Of a stretch of DNA of 64,000 nucleotides, positions 17,931 to 28,252 are shown in pieces. Below the pieces are notes generated by a model. The model made no database searches. It saw only the letters and a program-made list of their open reading frames with translations, and was not told where the DNA came from. Origin of the DNA: Sedimentisphaerales bacterium (GTDB taxonomy: Bacteria; Planctomycetota; Phycisphaerae; Sedimentisphaerales; SM23-30); contig CAXXMR010000009.1 in assembly GCA_963663805.2 (NCBI GenBank), positions 192,001 to 256,000 of the forward strand, given 5' to 3'. Made by a program: the position numbers and the translations under genes. Every line of letters begins with the position of its first letter. Positions within the stretch are counted from its first letter, which is position 1.

Positions 17931-19850
17931 CTAGTCCTGGCAATTGCTGTCAACAGCGTTATTGCACTTGAGCCAGTCAGATGTGAGCAGTGCGAAATCT
18001 TCCAGATTTACATAGCAGTCGCCGTCGAGGTCGCCTGTCATGATTGTCTGGCAGCTCGAACCGCCATTGGCGAAGAAGCTGTCGGCGATTTCCGTAGCGG
18101 TCAGAGCCACTTCATAAATCTGCACGTCGTCAATCAGCCCGTCAAACTCACGTGAGCCGGGGAACTGGTCGTTAGAACCGATGCGGACATCATAATCGCA
18201 AGTAGCGATAGCGACTTCTTCACCGTCCGGCCCCTGGCTGTCAACCAGCAGGCCGTCGATGTAAAGCTGAACTGTTACGCCGTCATAGACACCCACGGCC
18301 TGATGCCAGCGACCGTCATCGAGATTACTGCCGCCTGTCGCGTCGCCGATGCCGCTGCAAGTGAAGTTAATTGCGCCGGTTTCGTTCTGGCTGTGAATCC
18401 GCCATGAGCTGTCACCCTTGGTCACAATAGACTGCCAGGCTTTATTGAAGCCATCGGCCTTGAACCACGCCGAAACGGTAATCCAGTCGGTAATGTCAGC
18501 CCAGGTGTCCGGGTCGCCTTCGCTCTTGCCGCCGCCGCAGTCGATGTGCGACAGGCCGTCAAGTTCGACCGCGTCATTAATCTGGCCAGTCGTCCATGCC
18601 ACCGAACCGGAGGCAGTGCCGTTATGGCCGTTGCCGGAACTGTCGGTCGCGTCACCGTCCAACTGCCAATGAGCCACCAGGCCGGTGTAACCACTGGGCT
18701 GAACAATAACCATTACCGTATCGCTCGCTGATAGCAAACCCTCGTCGGTCGCGATAACTTCCAGAATATATTCGCCAACCGTATCGAAAGTTGCAATTGG
18801 GTCTGCCAGTTCATCATCGTCGAAAGATACAACCGCACCCAAAGGCTGGCTCTGCACCTGCCACAGATAGCTGATAGTGCCGAAATCATCAACCGTGGAA
18901 TCCAGTTGATACGATGCGGTCGTGCCGTCAATCGCGCACCAGCCCTTCGGGCCGGCGTCAACTATCGGGGCCTGATTAACCGTGCTGAAATACCAAACCT
19001 GAGAAGGTGTGGTATTGCCGGCATCGATGCTGTCAACCCGCCAGTAGTAGGTTTTTTCTGCGGTGAGAGTGGGCATTGCAACTTGCTCAACCGTTTGGCC
19101 GAAAACCAACTGCGTCGCCCCGGACATATTTTCATTTTCACCGAAGAACACATTGCAAGTAACGATATTGCCGGGGAGATTTGGTTCCGGCAATGTCCAT
19201 TCCAGATACGCCGGCGGATTCGCTGCGTCGATTGCGGCACCTATTTGCGGCGAAGGATTCTGGGCGTCGTTAGATGTTACCGAAGCATCATCAAAACAAG
19301 CCGCACCCGCGGTCGGATAGCCTTCGGGGTCCATTGCGTCGTTGGTTAGATATACCACGAATCTGCCGTATACCGCACCTGCAACGGCTGTTTTCGAACC
19401 GCTGATGGTAACCCAGGTATCGCTTCCGTCGCCGGGGTCGGTGTCGCTTTTGGCGCCCTCGAAGCGGCCAATCTCATCACTGCCGACAGCGGCATAGGTT
19501 TCGTCCAGCCATTCAACCGTCAATTTCAAATCCCAGCCCCGCAATGCGTCACCAGCAGGGGTGATGGCATCAAGGCTAAGAGTGTATTTAACACCGACGA
19601 CAACATCGAAATCCTGAAATATGCCGGCGTCGCTGTACCAGACTTTTACGCCTTTGGTTTCTCTGGTATAGCCGCTCAGCTGATGATGTTCACCACTGGG
19701 GCCCCATGAGGTCCAGCCAATGATATTTGATAGTGCACCCGGGTCACCCTGTTCATAGCCGGGATTGTTCAGCACATTACCATACACTGAGGTATTGACC
19801 AGAATCAGCAGGGCAAATACCGCGGAAATCATCCTTATCGTTTTCTTCAT
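17931..19850 (-). CDS. Secreted non-catalytic protein: CBM-like domain, Ig/PKD-like domains, LamG-like jelly roll, dockerin-like tail
   Basis: Signal peptide MKKTIRMI..., KTYYWRVD, NQAPIVDAG, GLVAHWQLDG..DSSGNG, LDDGRWHQ, FDGLIDDVQIY, GDLDGDCYVNLEDF. Confidence 0.85.
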   Translation of the reverse strand: MKKTIRMISAVFALLILVNTSVYGNVLNNPGYEQGDPGALSNIIGWTSWGPSGEHHQLSGYTRETKGVKVWYSDAGIFQDFDVVVGVKYTLSLDAITPAGDALRGWDLKLTVEWLDETYAAVGSDEIGRFEGAKSDTDPGDGSDTWVTISGSKTAVAGAVYGRFVVYLTNDAMDPEGYPTAGAACFDDASVTSNDAQNPSPQIGAAIDAANPPAYLEWTLPEPNLPGNIVTCNVFFGENENMSGATQLVFGQTVEQVAMPTLTAEKTYYWRVDSIDAGNTTPSQVWYFSTVNQAPIVDAGPKGWCAIDGTTASYQLDSTVDDFGTISYLWQVQSQPLGAVVSFDDDELADPIATFDTVGEYILEVIATDEGLLSASDTVMVIVQPSGYTGLVAHWQLDGDATDSSGNGHNGTASGSVAWTTGQINDAVELDGLSHIDCGGGKSEGDPDTWADITDWITVSAWFKADGFNKAWQSIVTKGDSSWRIHSQNETGAINFTCSGIGDATGGSNLDDGRWHQAVGVYDGVTVQLYIDGLLVDSQGPDGEEVAIATCDYDVRIGSNDQFPGSREFDGLIDDVQIYEVALTATEIADSFFANGGSSCQTIMTGDLDGDCYVNLEDFALLTSDWLKCNNAVDSNCQD

Positions 19851-19909
19851 ATCTATCTCCTGTGTTAGAACTCTATTCCAAATCATATCTCTCTGTTTCT
19901 GTGAACAAT

Positions 19910-19945
19910 GGTGGGGCACCATTACCATGGCTAACGGTGCCCACC
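19910..19945 (-). terminator. Stem-loop downstream of the PEP-CTERM gene
   Basis: GGTGGGGCACC...GGTGCCCACC inverted repeat. Confidence 0.45.
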
Positions 19946-19961
19946 CTATATAATAAGCGTT

Positions 19962-20588
19962 TTAGCGTTTGCGGCGAATCAGGGCCATACTGCCCAGGCC
20001 CAGCAAAGCAATCGTCATCGGTTCAGGCACAACCGAGGCGTCATCAAAATAGACGCCGCCGCCGGTATATCCCCAGTCGCCGGCCTGTTCCAGATACATC
20101 ACAATTCTGCCGTGAATCGCGCCATCTGTCGCTGTACTTGTCCCGCTCAGGGTGACCCAGGTATCAGTTCCGTCGCCGGGGTTGGTTTCGCTTTTGGCGC
20201 CCACGAACCGGTCGATAACTTCGCCGCCCAGAACGGCCCAGTTCGCGTCAAGCCATTCGGCTTTAACGATAAGGTCCCAGCCTTTGAGCATATCAGCCGA
20301 CGGAGATATTGCCGCCAGACTGAATGTGTATTCCACACCGGCTGTCGCGTCAAAATCCTGGTACATTCCCGTGCTGTCCCACCAGTATTTCATGCCTTTG
20401 TCACCGTTTTTGTAACCGGCATCGTCATGATGCCAGCCACTGTTACCCCACTTGGTCCAGTTGTCGATGGTCACAGAGTCGATATTACCTAAATCACCAC
20501 CTTCAAATCCGCCGTTGAGGATCAGATTCGCCTGAGCGCCGGCACACATCAGCAAGCTCACAATTAGTGTTACCAGTACTTTTTTCAT
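19962..20588 (-). CDS. PEP-CTERM sorting-domain protein with a CBM-like domain
   Basis: Signal peptide MKKVLVTLIV...AQA, NLILNGGFE, C-terminal VPEPMTIALLGLGSMALIRRKR; AGGAG RBS. Confidence 0.92.
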   Translation of the reverse strand: MKKVLVTLIVSLLMCAGAQANLILNGGFEGGDLGNIDSVTIDNWTKWGNSGWHHDDAGYKNGDKGMKYWWDSTGMYQDFDATAGVEYTFSLAAISPSADMLKGWDLIVKAEWLDANWAVLGGEVIDRFVGAKSETNPGDGTDTWVTLSGTSTATDGAIHGRIVMYLEQAGDWGYTGGGVYFDDASVVPEPMTIALLGLGSMALIRRKR

Positions 20589-20668
20589 TTCCGTTCTCCT
20601 TATCAAAAAATGCACACAATCACACAACCCCGCCTACGTCGGCTAAGGGCATTGTCATTAAATTAACC

Positions 20669-21463
20669 TCACCAATAATGAGCGGGCCAATCCGAACTTG
20701 GACGAAATTTAAGCGTCATGTCATCATAATCTACCCATACTACACTACCGTCACAGTTTAGTATATTTCCGCCTATCGCTTCGCGGCCCTTAACATGATT
20801 CGAGAAAAAATTATATTTAATACCGCCGATGGTGCTGCTCACGTTAGTAAAGTCTTTTGAAGTAACTATGTCTAAATCACGAGTCCAGGTTATGTCGGTA
20901 ACTAGAGGTGAGTCGCTGGCCATTCTTGCATCGATGGTTGTGTGAAATATCTTGCGGTGGCCATATCGACTGCCCAAAGAGTATCTTGCGTCTTTTCTTA
21001 GAGTGGTATTCAGCTCTAATAACCAGAAATAATCAGATAGTACATGCCCGCTGGTAGCATCGTCCGGGTTTGTCACTTTGCCGCCGGATTCATCTCGCAT
21101 ATAAGTGAGATAGTATTCAACCAATTCCCGGTCGCTTTTCTTCTTTAAATTATTGGATGGGCAAAACAGCGTTTCCAGTTGGTACTCACGACGAATGGTG
21201 TCAGCAATATTGTGAGGTACATCAAACAGCCAGCCCGAACCGGCCGTTGTAGTAGGCAGCTTGGAATTGTTCTCGTTAGCGTAAATATGCAGAACCAGCC
21301 CCATGCTGTGCAGGTGAGCGGAGCAGGTGACTTTCCGGGCCTGTTCTCTGGCATGGCCCAGTGCCGGTAGAAGAATCGATACCAGCAGGGCGATAATCGC
21401 TACCACCACCAGCAGTTCCACGAGTGTGAAAGCGTCATTTTTCTTTTGGATTTTTTTAGCCAT
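20669..21463 (-). CDS. Prepilin-type N-terminal cleavage/methylation protein (H-X9-DG-like)
   Basis: [43 protein letters not shown]...[21 protein letters not shown] before ATG 21463. Confidence 0.9.
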   Translation of the reverse strand: MAKKIQKKNDAFTLVELLVVVAIIALLVSILLPALGHAREQARKVTCSAHLHSMGLVLHIYANENNSKLPTTTAGSGWLFDVPHNIADTIRREYQLETLFCPSNNLKKKSDRELVEYYLTYMRDESGGKVTNPDDATSGHVLSDYFWLLELNTTLRKDARYSLGSRYGHRKIFHTTIDARMASDSPLVTDITWTRDLDIVTSKDFTNVSSTIGGIKYNFFSNHVKGREAIGGNILNCDGSVVWVDYDDMTLKFRPSSDWPAHYW

Positions 21464-21536
21464 CAATATGCCTCCTTCGTCTATAATCGACTCAGCGTAA
21501 CGAAGTGTTTCTTTTGAATTTCTTAAGCCGGCAATT

Positions 21537-21611
21537 TGTAAAAGCGTTTTCATGATGAATCAACAACCTTACTTATAAAAGTATATTATCAAATTCCCCA
21601 AACGACGTCAA
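21537..21611 (-). promoter_or_regulatory. Promoter of the pilin/glucanase operon with a downstream LacI-type operator
   Basis: Minus strand TTGACG (21606-21611), 17 nt, TAATAT (21583-21588); operator TGAAAACGCTTTTACA (21537-21552). Confidence 0.7.
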
Positions 21612-21739
21612 GCGTTTTTTGCTATAAAATCCGTATTTTTCAGCATTTTAGCTATTTTTGACAAAAAATAGTTTTCTCATTATTCCCTAACCCTGCCTTT
21701 TGCAATACCTTACAATAATCGCACATTATTCAAAAAAAG

Positions 21740-21755
21740 TAAAAACGCTCTTACA
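21740..21755 (+). promoter_or_regulatory. Auxiliary LacI-type operator
   Basis: TAAAAACGCTCTTACA, 2 mismatches from the 21537 site. Confidence 0.55.
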
Positions 21756-21829
21756 AATTTATCGACCGAATAAAACCCGCTTAAAATACCTTAAATCACG
21801 CTTTGTTAAATACTTATCGGACATTTGCT

Positions 21830-23248
21830 TTATTTCGCCTCATTTTGGCCTGTCCGACGAGCATCCAACAGCGATTTGATTTCATAAGCCCGCTGTTCGG
21901 TAAGAGGGTATTTCAGCAGTAAACCCACGCTAACCAGGCACAGCACCGAGGGAATTGTGATTTCCCAGAATCGCAGCCACCAAAGCGTATCTTCCGCCTG
22001 CATCGCCAAATTCGCATCAAAACCAGTGGATTTCAGCAGAAAACCCTGCACGAATATCCCCGCCGCGATTCCCAGTTTCCACCACCATCCGTACATGGCT
22101 TGATAGCTGCCTTCCCGCCGCTTGCCCGTATTAAGCTCATCCTCGTCACAAATATCCGCCAGCATGGCGTAAACCAGCGAAAACAGCACCAGCAAACCAA
22201 ACGCCAGCGCCGCTGTCGGTATCAAAGCCAGCCACGGATGTTCGCGGCTATAGCAAACGCACTTGAGCGCATTACCCGCGGCCATTATCAGCAGAAATAT
22301 CATCACGGTTTTCGATTTGCCTATCCGTGTGGCGATCCACGTCATCGGAAAAACGCCTATCAGCGATAAAACGCCCCACAGTGTCCCGCACCAGCCCATC
22401 AGAATCGACGCTGCTTTCTGGTCGCCCGAATAAACATAAAAAATCATAATGTAATTAGCGAACCCCATGACAAAATAAAGCCCGATAGTAACCACAAAAA
22501 CTATCGCCAGCAGATGCAAAAATGTACGGTTCTTGCAAGTCGTGGTCACGCTTTCCCAAAAACCCACTCGCTGTTGAACTTGTGCCTGCTCATATTTAGG
22601 TTCTTTGCATACCAACGCACAGGCGACCGCCGAAACTATCAGAATTCCGCCAATAACCATTCCCACATATTTCATCCCTTCAACTTCGTCGACAAAGTAA
22701 TCAAGGTTAGCGACGAAATAAAGCCAGGGCAGACACAAACTGCCTGCGTTTATCAGAAAACTGCAATAAGCAAAAATTCGCGTGCGTTCATGATAATCGC
22801 TGGTCAGCTCATAACCCAAAGCGCCGCGCGGCACTTCGATAATCGTATAAGCGATATAAAACAAACAGGACATTATCAGAAAATATGCCAGAGTTGCCTT
22901 GTCTCCCCAGTGGGGGGGCACCATCCACAAAAGGGCGAAAATTATCCCCATCAAAATCCCGCCCACCATGATATAAGGCCTGCGCCGCCCGAACCGACTC
23001 CGGCTGTTATCCGACATGTTCCCGATAAGCGGGTCGGTAATCGCGTCGATAACCCGCGGAATGCCCTGGGCGATACCCAGCATCTCCGGCGAAACGCCCA
23101 GCCCGATATTATAAATCAGATTACCCATGTTCGACAGCGAATTGACCGCCAGATTCGTAGACATAGCCCCCATCCCATAGCCAACCTTCTGACCTACCGA
23201 AACCTTGTCCTTCTGTTCAGTCTGATGATGATGCTCAATCTCAGTCAT
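21830..23248 (-). CDS. GPH (MelB-like) MFS glycoside transporter
   Basis: DAITDPLIGNMSD.SRSRFGRRRPY, ALGYELTSDYHERT, MLADICDEDELNTGKRREG. Confidence 0.92.
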   Translation of the reverse strand: MTEIEHHHQTEQKDKVSVGQKVGYGMGAMSTNLAVNSLSNMGNLIYNIGLGVSPEMLGIAQGIPRVIDAITDPLIGNMSDNSRSRFGRRRPYIMVGGILMGIIFALLWMVPPHWGDKATLAYFLIMSCLFYIAYTIIEVPRGALGYELTSDYHERTRIFAYCSFLINAGSLCLPWLYFVANLDYFVDEVEGMKYVGMVIGGILIVSAVACALVCKEPKYEQAQVQQRVGFWESVTTTCKNRTFLHLLAIVFVVTIGLYFVMGFANYIMIFYVYSGDQKAASILMGWCGTLWGVLSLIGVFPMTWIATRIGKSKTVMIFLLIMAAGNALKCVCYSREHPWLALIPTAALAFGLLVLFSLVYAMLADICDEDELNTGKRREGSYQAMYGWWWKLGIAAGIFVQGFLLKSTGFDANLAMQAEDTLWWLRFWEITIPSVLCLVSVGLLLKYPLTEQRAYEIKSLLDARRTGQNEAK

Positions 23249-23291
23249 ATCGCCTCACATTCATTAAACGGTTATCTCAATTACATTCCGC

Positions 23292-26200
23292 TCACGCCCC
23301 CAAAGCAGCCTCCAGCCGAACATTATCAATCATTGCTCCACCTGTGCGATAAGGATTAGCCTCACGTTCAAACTCAACTTTCTTGCCGTTAATTTTTATC
23401 GAACGGACATTTTTTCCGGAGATATTATATTTCAACTGTACATCCTGCCCCCGTAGCCTCATATCGACCTTCAGCCCGCTATACCCTGCCGTCAGCATCG
23501 GGTCAAAAACCGTCTGGCCGAAAGCCTGCCGAACCCCCAGCAGATATTCAATCACAAACCGTACAAACATGCCCGGCCCACTGGAATAAATCCGCCACCC
23601 GCCTTTGAGCTCAATCTTGCCCGCCTTCAAATCATCGTAATGCTCGTTCACCTCATAGCGATTATCAAACCCGCCGTCCGAGCTGCTGTAATAGCAGTTC
23701 GCCTGCCGCAAATTCGCCTGAGAAACCACCTCGCGCAGACCCACCGGCACAACCTGACGCAAAGCCCGCACAAACTTCGACCGTTCGCCCAGCTTCGCCA
23801 TTGCCTCAGCGTAACGCAGATGAGCGTGCGTATACATCAAACCAATTTCCCGCCCGAAAAACGGGCAGCTTTCCGCCCGCTTGAAATACTGCTGCAATCC
23901 GCCGTGATATTTGGGCGGGCAATCCATCAAACGCGCCCCGTCGGGCCCTTTCAGGTGCTTTTCGATAAGCTCGGCATGTTTCCACGCCTGCTCCGCTGTA
24001 AAAATCCCGCTGATAATTCCGCGAATCATCGGCAGCAAACGATAGCTGATACCCGTAGTCTTATCCGATGGATGCAGCAGTAAATCAAAGGAGTTCTTGC
24101 CATTGACCAGCCCAAATCCCGCCACGACTTTATCGCGAATCAGATGCTGCTCGAAATCCCGCTGAATTTCCGCACAATAGCTTTCCAGTTTTTCAGCCAT
24201 CGTCTTATGCCCCGCAACCCGGCATATCTCCGACAGCTCCTTGAACGCCTGATAATTCAAACCCACCGTCCAACAGCTTATCAACCGCTTTTTCAATTTA
24301 AGATTCGCCGGCTGCATCGAGTCGTTCCAGTCCCCATCGGAGTAATCCGCCAGCATCGTCCCCTTCGCAAACCGATGCCTGGTTACATAAATAACCGCCT
24401 GCACCAGATGCCCCAAAACTGTACCATATTCCGCTGCCTCAGCCTGATCCTGACAGTAGTAGGGCAGTTCCGCGTCCAGAAAATCAAAATCGCCCGATGC
24501 CTTTACATATTCGCTTACCGCCAGTATCGGCCAGAAAATCACATCCCCGTGCGACTCATCGCTGCGAATCCAGCTGTACCGGTCAAACATCCACCATTGC
24601 GGCCAGTTGCCGTCATCCTCCTGATTACTCAGCACCCGCGCCAGCACCGCCCGTGCCGCCTCATAATGTCCCAGTCCCAGCAGCATCTCGACCGGCCCCT
24701 GACAAATATCACGCGTTCCCCAGGCTGCGCCGCCGTATTGCTCCAATCCATGCGGCGTAAGATAATGAATCCCCGCGTTCTGTGCGAACCAGGGCAGCGA
24801 TTCGGCGATCGCTGCCAAATCACCGCCGCACTCACTAAAACGCAATTCATTACTGACCCGCTTCCACGTTAGATTTGCCTTGTGTGTATCCTTCTCGTAA
24901 CTCCCCGAAAGCTCAACCGGTGTTTCCACTTCACCATTATTCACCAGTTCACCGCGCAGCGACATGCCAAACGTACGTGTCGGCAAGAGTTCTGTCACCA
25001 CAAAATTCAGCCCCCGGCTCTTATGGTCCGCGAACAGCAGTTCATCGCCGCCCATGTTCTTTATCAGTCCCGCGTCCTTCAGAAGCATAGTAAACGACCC
25101 ATCCGGGTATAGCCGATTAAGCTCACTGTCAATACCGGGCCAAAATCTCAGCATAGTACTATTAGCCGACGGGTCTGTCTGTTCGATACTCCATTGATGT
25201 TCCGTCGTAAGCTCATGAGAAATCAGCCACGCCCGCTCCGAACCCTCCAGCACATCCAGCCGCATCATGATTTCCGGCCCATCCGCCGCCCCCCAGCAGC
25301 ATACCTGATAAAGTTCACCCCGAAACTTATAAATCCACCGACACCCATTCAGCGAAATCTCAAACGCCGAGGGCACCGCCAGTTGATAATATTCATCGTT
25401 AATTCCCACGAAAACCCGCTGGCCCGTATAACGCTGCATATTCAGCGGATTGCTATTAACCGTCAACAGCCGATTGAAATTAACATTTCCCTGCGTTACA
25501 TGCGACCAGAACACCCCAAACATATAACTAGTACAGCTCAACGTCTCTTCATCTGGCAGCAGCCCGCTTCCGCTCTTGTAAATATGCCCGTGAGGCCGTT
25601 CAACCATCAGCTCCTTCGCCCGCAAAACCACATGCTGGTTATCACCCCGGAAAAACGATAGCGGTTTTCCCTCTGCGAATTCCTCAAACCGCCGCTCCCC
25701 GCCAAACAAAGCCCGCAATTCCGCCTCGTCCAAATCCTCAGACTCCAGCATCGCGGCATCCGAAAAAATACTCCCTGCCGCTGATTCACCCAAACAATTA
25801 GAAGATGTTGACTCATTCGCCTGAACGCGTAATTTTTCGATAACCGGTTCGAGCCTCGCCAAATCATTCACGGATGTCGGTTCACTATGATTCTCGTTGA
25901 ATATCCCAAAGAATCCACGTTTAACCGATTGCCCCGCCTGCAGCTCAACCGGTTCTTCCTGCAACGCCACCACCGCCAGTTCCTGCTGAGTCAATCCCGC
26001 CAAATTTTCAGCCGTCAAACCTGCCGGTATTCCACTTTGTCGATACCCCGCCCCGAAAAATTGCATTCCGTCAGTAGAAAAACTGGAAACCCTGCCAATC
26101 GAACCCAAAGCCAGCCACGGCACCTTGCTCGCCCCATGCTCATTCTGCCGACAGCATATAATATCACCATGCTCAGAATGCCGTAATGCGGTATAATCAA

Positions 26201-26648
26201 TATACTGGCTCACATAATAACTGTTCTGCTCGCCCGGCCCCGCCGATGACATACCTACGTCCTGAACATAAATCAAATCGACCTTAACATTTTCGGTAGG
26301 GTGGTTATTGCTCAGCTTCACATCCCACAGCCACGCCGCTTCGTCCTCTGCCAACAACAGCCGCAAAGTATAACCAATACCTTCAAATTCCCCTTGAACA
26401 TTAACACCATCATCGCCCACCCGCCACTCGCCCAGTATCGGCCGGGCCTTAATCTCCTTGCCGTAAACCCGCAAATAAACGTTACTGCAATTTATCGACA
26501 GAGCACTGCCTGAGATAAGATTTATACGAGTACGTCCCTGCTCGATTCTATCTATTGACCCGTTTTCATAAACTGAAAACGTAAGACCCACCGAATTCCT
26601 GATTCGACAAATCCCCTGTTCGCTAATCATGTCGCCATCAACTTCCAT
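23292..26648 (-). CDS. GH94 1,2-beta-oligoglucan phosphorylase (SOGP-like)
   Basis: About 1100 aa, no signal peptide; YVSQYID, HYLTPHGLEQYGGAAWGTRDICQGP, GDWNDSMQP, FGREIGLMYTHAHLRY, GGWRIYSSGPG. Confidence 0.88.
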   Translation of the reverse strand: MEVDGDMISEQGICRIRNSVGLTFSVYENGSIDRIEQGRTRINLISGSALSINCSNVYLRVYGKEIKARPILGEWRVGDDGVNVQGEFEGIGYTLRLLLAEDEAAWLWDVKLSNNHPTENVKVDLIYVQDVGMSSAGPGEQNSYYVSQYIDYTALRHSEHGDIICCRQNEHGASKVPWLALGSIGRVSSFSTDGMQFFGAGYRQSGIPAGLTAENLAGLTQQELAVVALQEEPVELQAGQSVKRGFFGIFNENHSEPTSVNDLARLEPVIEKLRVQANESTSSNCLGESAAGSIFSDAAMLESEDLDEAELRALFGGERRFEEFAEGKPLSFFRGDNQHVVLRAKELMVERPHGHIYKSGSGLLPDEETLSCTSYMFGVFWSHVTQGNVNFNRLLTVNSNPLNMQRYTGQRVFVGINDEYYQLAVPSAFEISLNGCRWIYKFRGELYQVCCWGAADGPEIMMRLDVLEGSERAWLISHELTTEHQWSIEQTDPSANSTMLRFWPGIDSELNRLYPDGSFTMLLKDAGLIKNMGGDELLFADHKSRGLNFVVTELLPTRTFGMSLRGELVNNGEVETPVELSGSYEKDTHKANLTWKRVSNELRFSECGGDLAAIAESLPWFAQNAGIHYLTPHGLEQYGGAAWGTRDICQGPVEMLLGLGHYEAARAVLARVLSNQEDDGNWPQWWMFDRYSWIRSDESHGDVIFWPILAVSEYVKASGDFDFLDAELPYYCQDQAEAAEYGTVLGHLVQAVIYVTRHRFAKGTMLADYSDGDWNDSMQPANLKLKKRLISCWTVGLNYQAFKELSEICRVAGHKTMAEKLESYCAEIQRDFEQHLIRDKVVAGFGLVNGKNSFDLLLHPSDKTTGISYRLLPMIRGIISGIFTAEQAWKHAELIEKHLKGPDGARLMDCPPKYHGGLQQYFKRAESCPFFGREIGLMYTHAHLRYAEAMAKLGERSKFVRALRQVVPVGLREVVSQANLRQANCYYSSSDGGFDNRYEVNEHYDDLKAGKIELKGGWRIYSSGPGMFVRFVIEYLLGVRQAFGQTVFDPMLTAGYSGLKVDMRLRGQDVQLKYNISGKNVRSIKINGKKVEFEREANPYRTGGAMIDNVRLEAALGA

Positions 26649-26746
26649 AAAAAACTTTCAATCTATATCAATGCAACCGTTTTGATAAAATGGCAAAATA
26701 AAAAAACTATCCCATCGGCCTGCCCTTGCCTTTTTCTACTAATTTC

Positions 26747-28090
26747 TTATATTTTCAAAGAGAATCCTGCCCGCTTCAGTCCCATCCGCACAAATTTGTT
26801 TCTGAGCATTAAATTCCAAATCAGTTCGCTGCGACCATTTTCAATCAAAAGCAGCATAGGCCCCTGAGCGATACCAATCACATGATTCGAAACCCACTGC
26901 CGCTCCAGATTGAACCCGTCCCAGAACCCATAGCCGCCGTCCTCGACCTCCTGCCAGACTGGCTGTCCCTTGATTATCAGCCCCTTCATCTCTCGCAGCG
27001 CCGCAATCGAATCGCCCGGCACAAACGGTACCGCCATCCCCGCCCCATAAGGATGCAGCGTGCCATGCTCACCCTGATGGTCCCGGTCAGTCCCGCGCGG
27101 CGGATGCCCCAGCACCACATATTTATCATCCGGTGCCGAGCCGGCGTTCACGCCCCAGCGATTCAGGCCGTAAGTTTTATATTTCTCAGCGTTATCCCGA
27201 CACCAGTCGCGATTAGCTTTGACCGCCCGAACTGTATTTTCAAACCAGTTTACCCCTTGTGCGTCTGGCCCTGTCGCCCGAAAATCATAAAAGCAATGAG
27301 CGAACATATAAGTGAACAAAGGCCCCGGATGGGTATAGATGAACTCTTCACCGTCTTTGTATTTTCCCACAGGCCGCTGCCAGTTATACATACTTTCACG
27401 CCCCAGCCGATATGCCGGATTAGGCGAACCTTGCCCCAAAAGTGCAATCAGCAGCGTTTCGTCGGTGTACCAGTCCCACGTCTGTTTTTCAAATTTTCCT
27501 GTCCCGTTCATGTTGTTCGGGTCGTCCGCCGCCCAGGCCATATATACCTGACCGTTCTCGCGATTGACAAAACTCTGCCAGTCAACCCGCCCATAAATCT
27601 CCTCCGCCAGGGCCTTAACCGGCCCTTTGAAATATTCGCCTGCCGCGATCGCACCCGCCACCAGCAATGCTGTGTCAATCGAAGACGCGATACTTTCATA
27701 GCCATGTCTGGTGGTATTACCCGTATGCAAATCAATAAAATGGCAATACATTCCTTTGTGCTGAGCGTTTGACTTGAGAATAGTTTCTAACGCCCGCCCC
27801 GCCCGCTCGTTCGCCTCCTCACGTGTTACATACCCTCGCTCCACACCCACCGGCAACGCCGCCAGACCAAACCCCAAAGAAGCCACGCTGCAACTGGCCG
27901 CCGCTGAGGTGTCCCGCACCAGCCCCGATTCAGCATCCGCCTCATTCCAGAAAAACATAAATGAAGCCCGCGTAACCTCCTCCAGCAGTGCCTCATCATC
28001 AGCCGAAATCTCTTGAAGCAGCCCATCAGCCCAACAGCCGCAACCGGCCAGTAAGAAAAATGATATAAAAAATATTTTTTTTTTGAACAT
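26747..28090 (-). CDS. GH144-related (DUF3131 'glucoamylase family') protein, possible lipoprotein
   Basis: SGLVRD, SVASLGFGL, KGMYCHF, SSIDTALL, WYTDE, GPLF, YGFWDGFN, IGIAQGPMLLLIEN; LAGC lipobox-like motif. Confidence 0.78.
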   Translation of the reverse strand: MFKKKIFFISFFLLAGCGCWADGLLQEISADDEALLEEVTRASFMFFWNEADAESGLVRDTSAAASCSVASLGFGLAALPVGVERGYVTREEANERAGRALETILKSNAQHKGMYCHFIDLHTGNTTRHGYESIASSIDTALLVAGAIAAGEYFKGPVKALAEEIYGRVDWQSFVNRENGQVYMAWAADDPNNMNGTGKFEKQTWDWYTDETLLIALLGQGSPNPAYRLGRESMYNWQRPVGKYKDGEEFIYTHPGPLFTYMFAHCFYDFRATGPDAQGVNWFENTVRAVKANRDWCRDNAEKYKTYGLNRWGVNAGSAPDDKYVVLGHPPRGTDRDHQGEHGTLHPYGAGMAVPFVPGDSIAALREMKGLIIKGQPVWQEVEDGGYGFWDGFNLERQWVSNHVIGIAQGPMLLLIENGRSELIWNLMLRNKFVRMGLKRAGFSLKI

Positions 28091-28165
28091 ATACCAACAG
28101 CCAATAAAAATTAGTTTTTTGATTTTGAGTATCGAATGTACGTCGTGGTTAATATTCTTCGCCGT

Positions 28166-28247
28166 TGCCGTTTAAAATCCGGGTAATTTGCGGCTAAATA
28201 TTTCTGTTGTCATTATTGAGGATTTAATGTTTAGAATTTCCAGTTTA
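28166..28247 (-). repeat. Dispersed intergenic repeat A, copy 2 (inverted relative to copy 1)
   Basis: Same two blocks as 12458-12526, with a longer spacer between them. Confidence 0.85.
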
Positions 28248-28252
28248 CCTGG

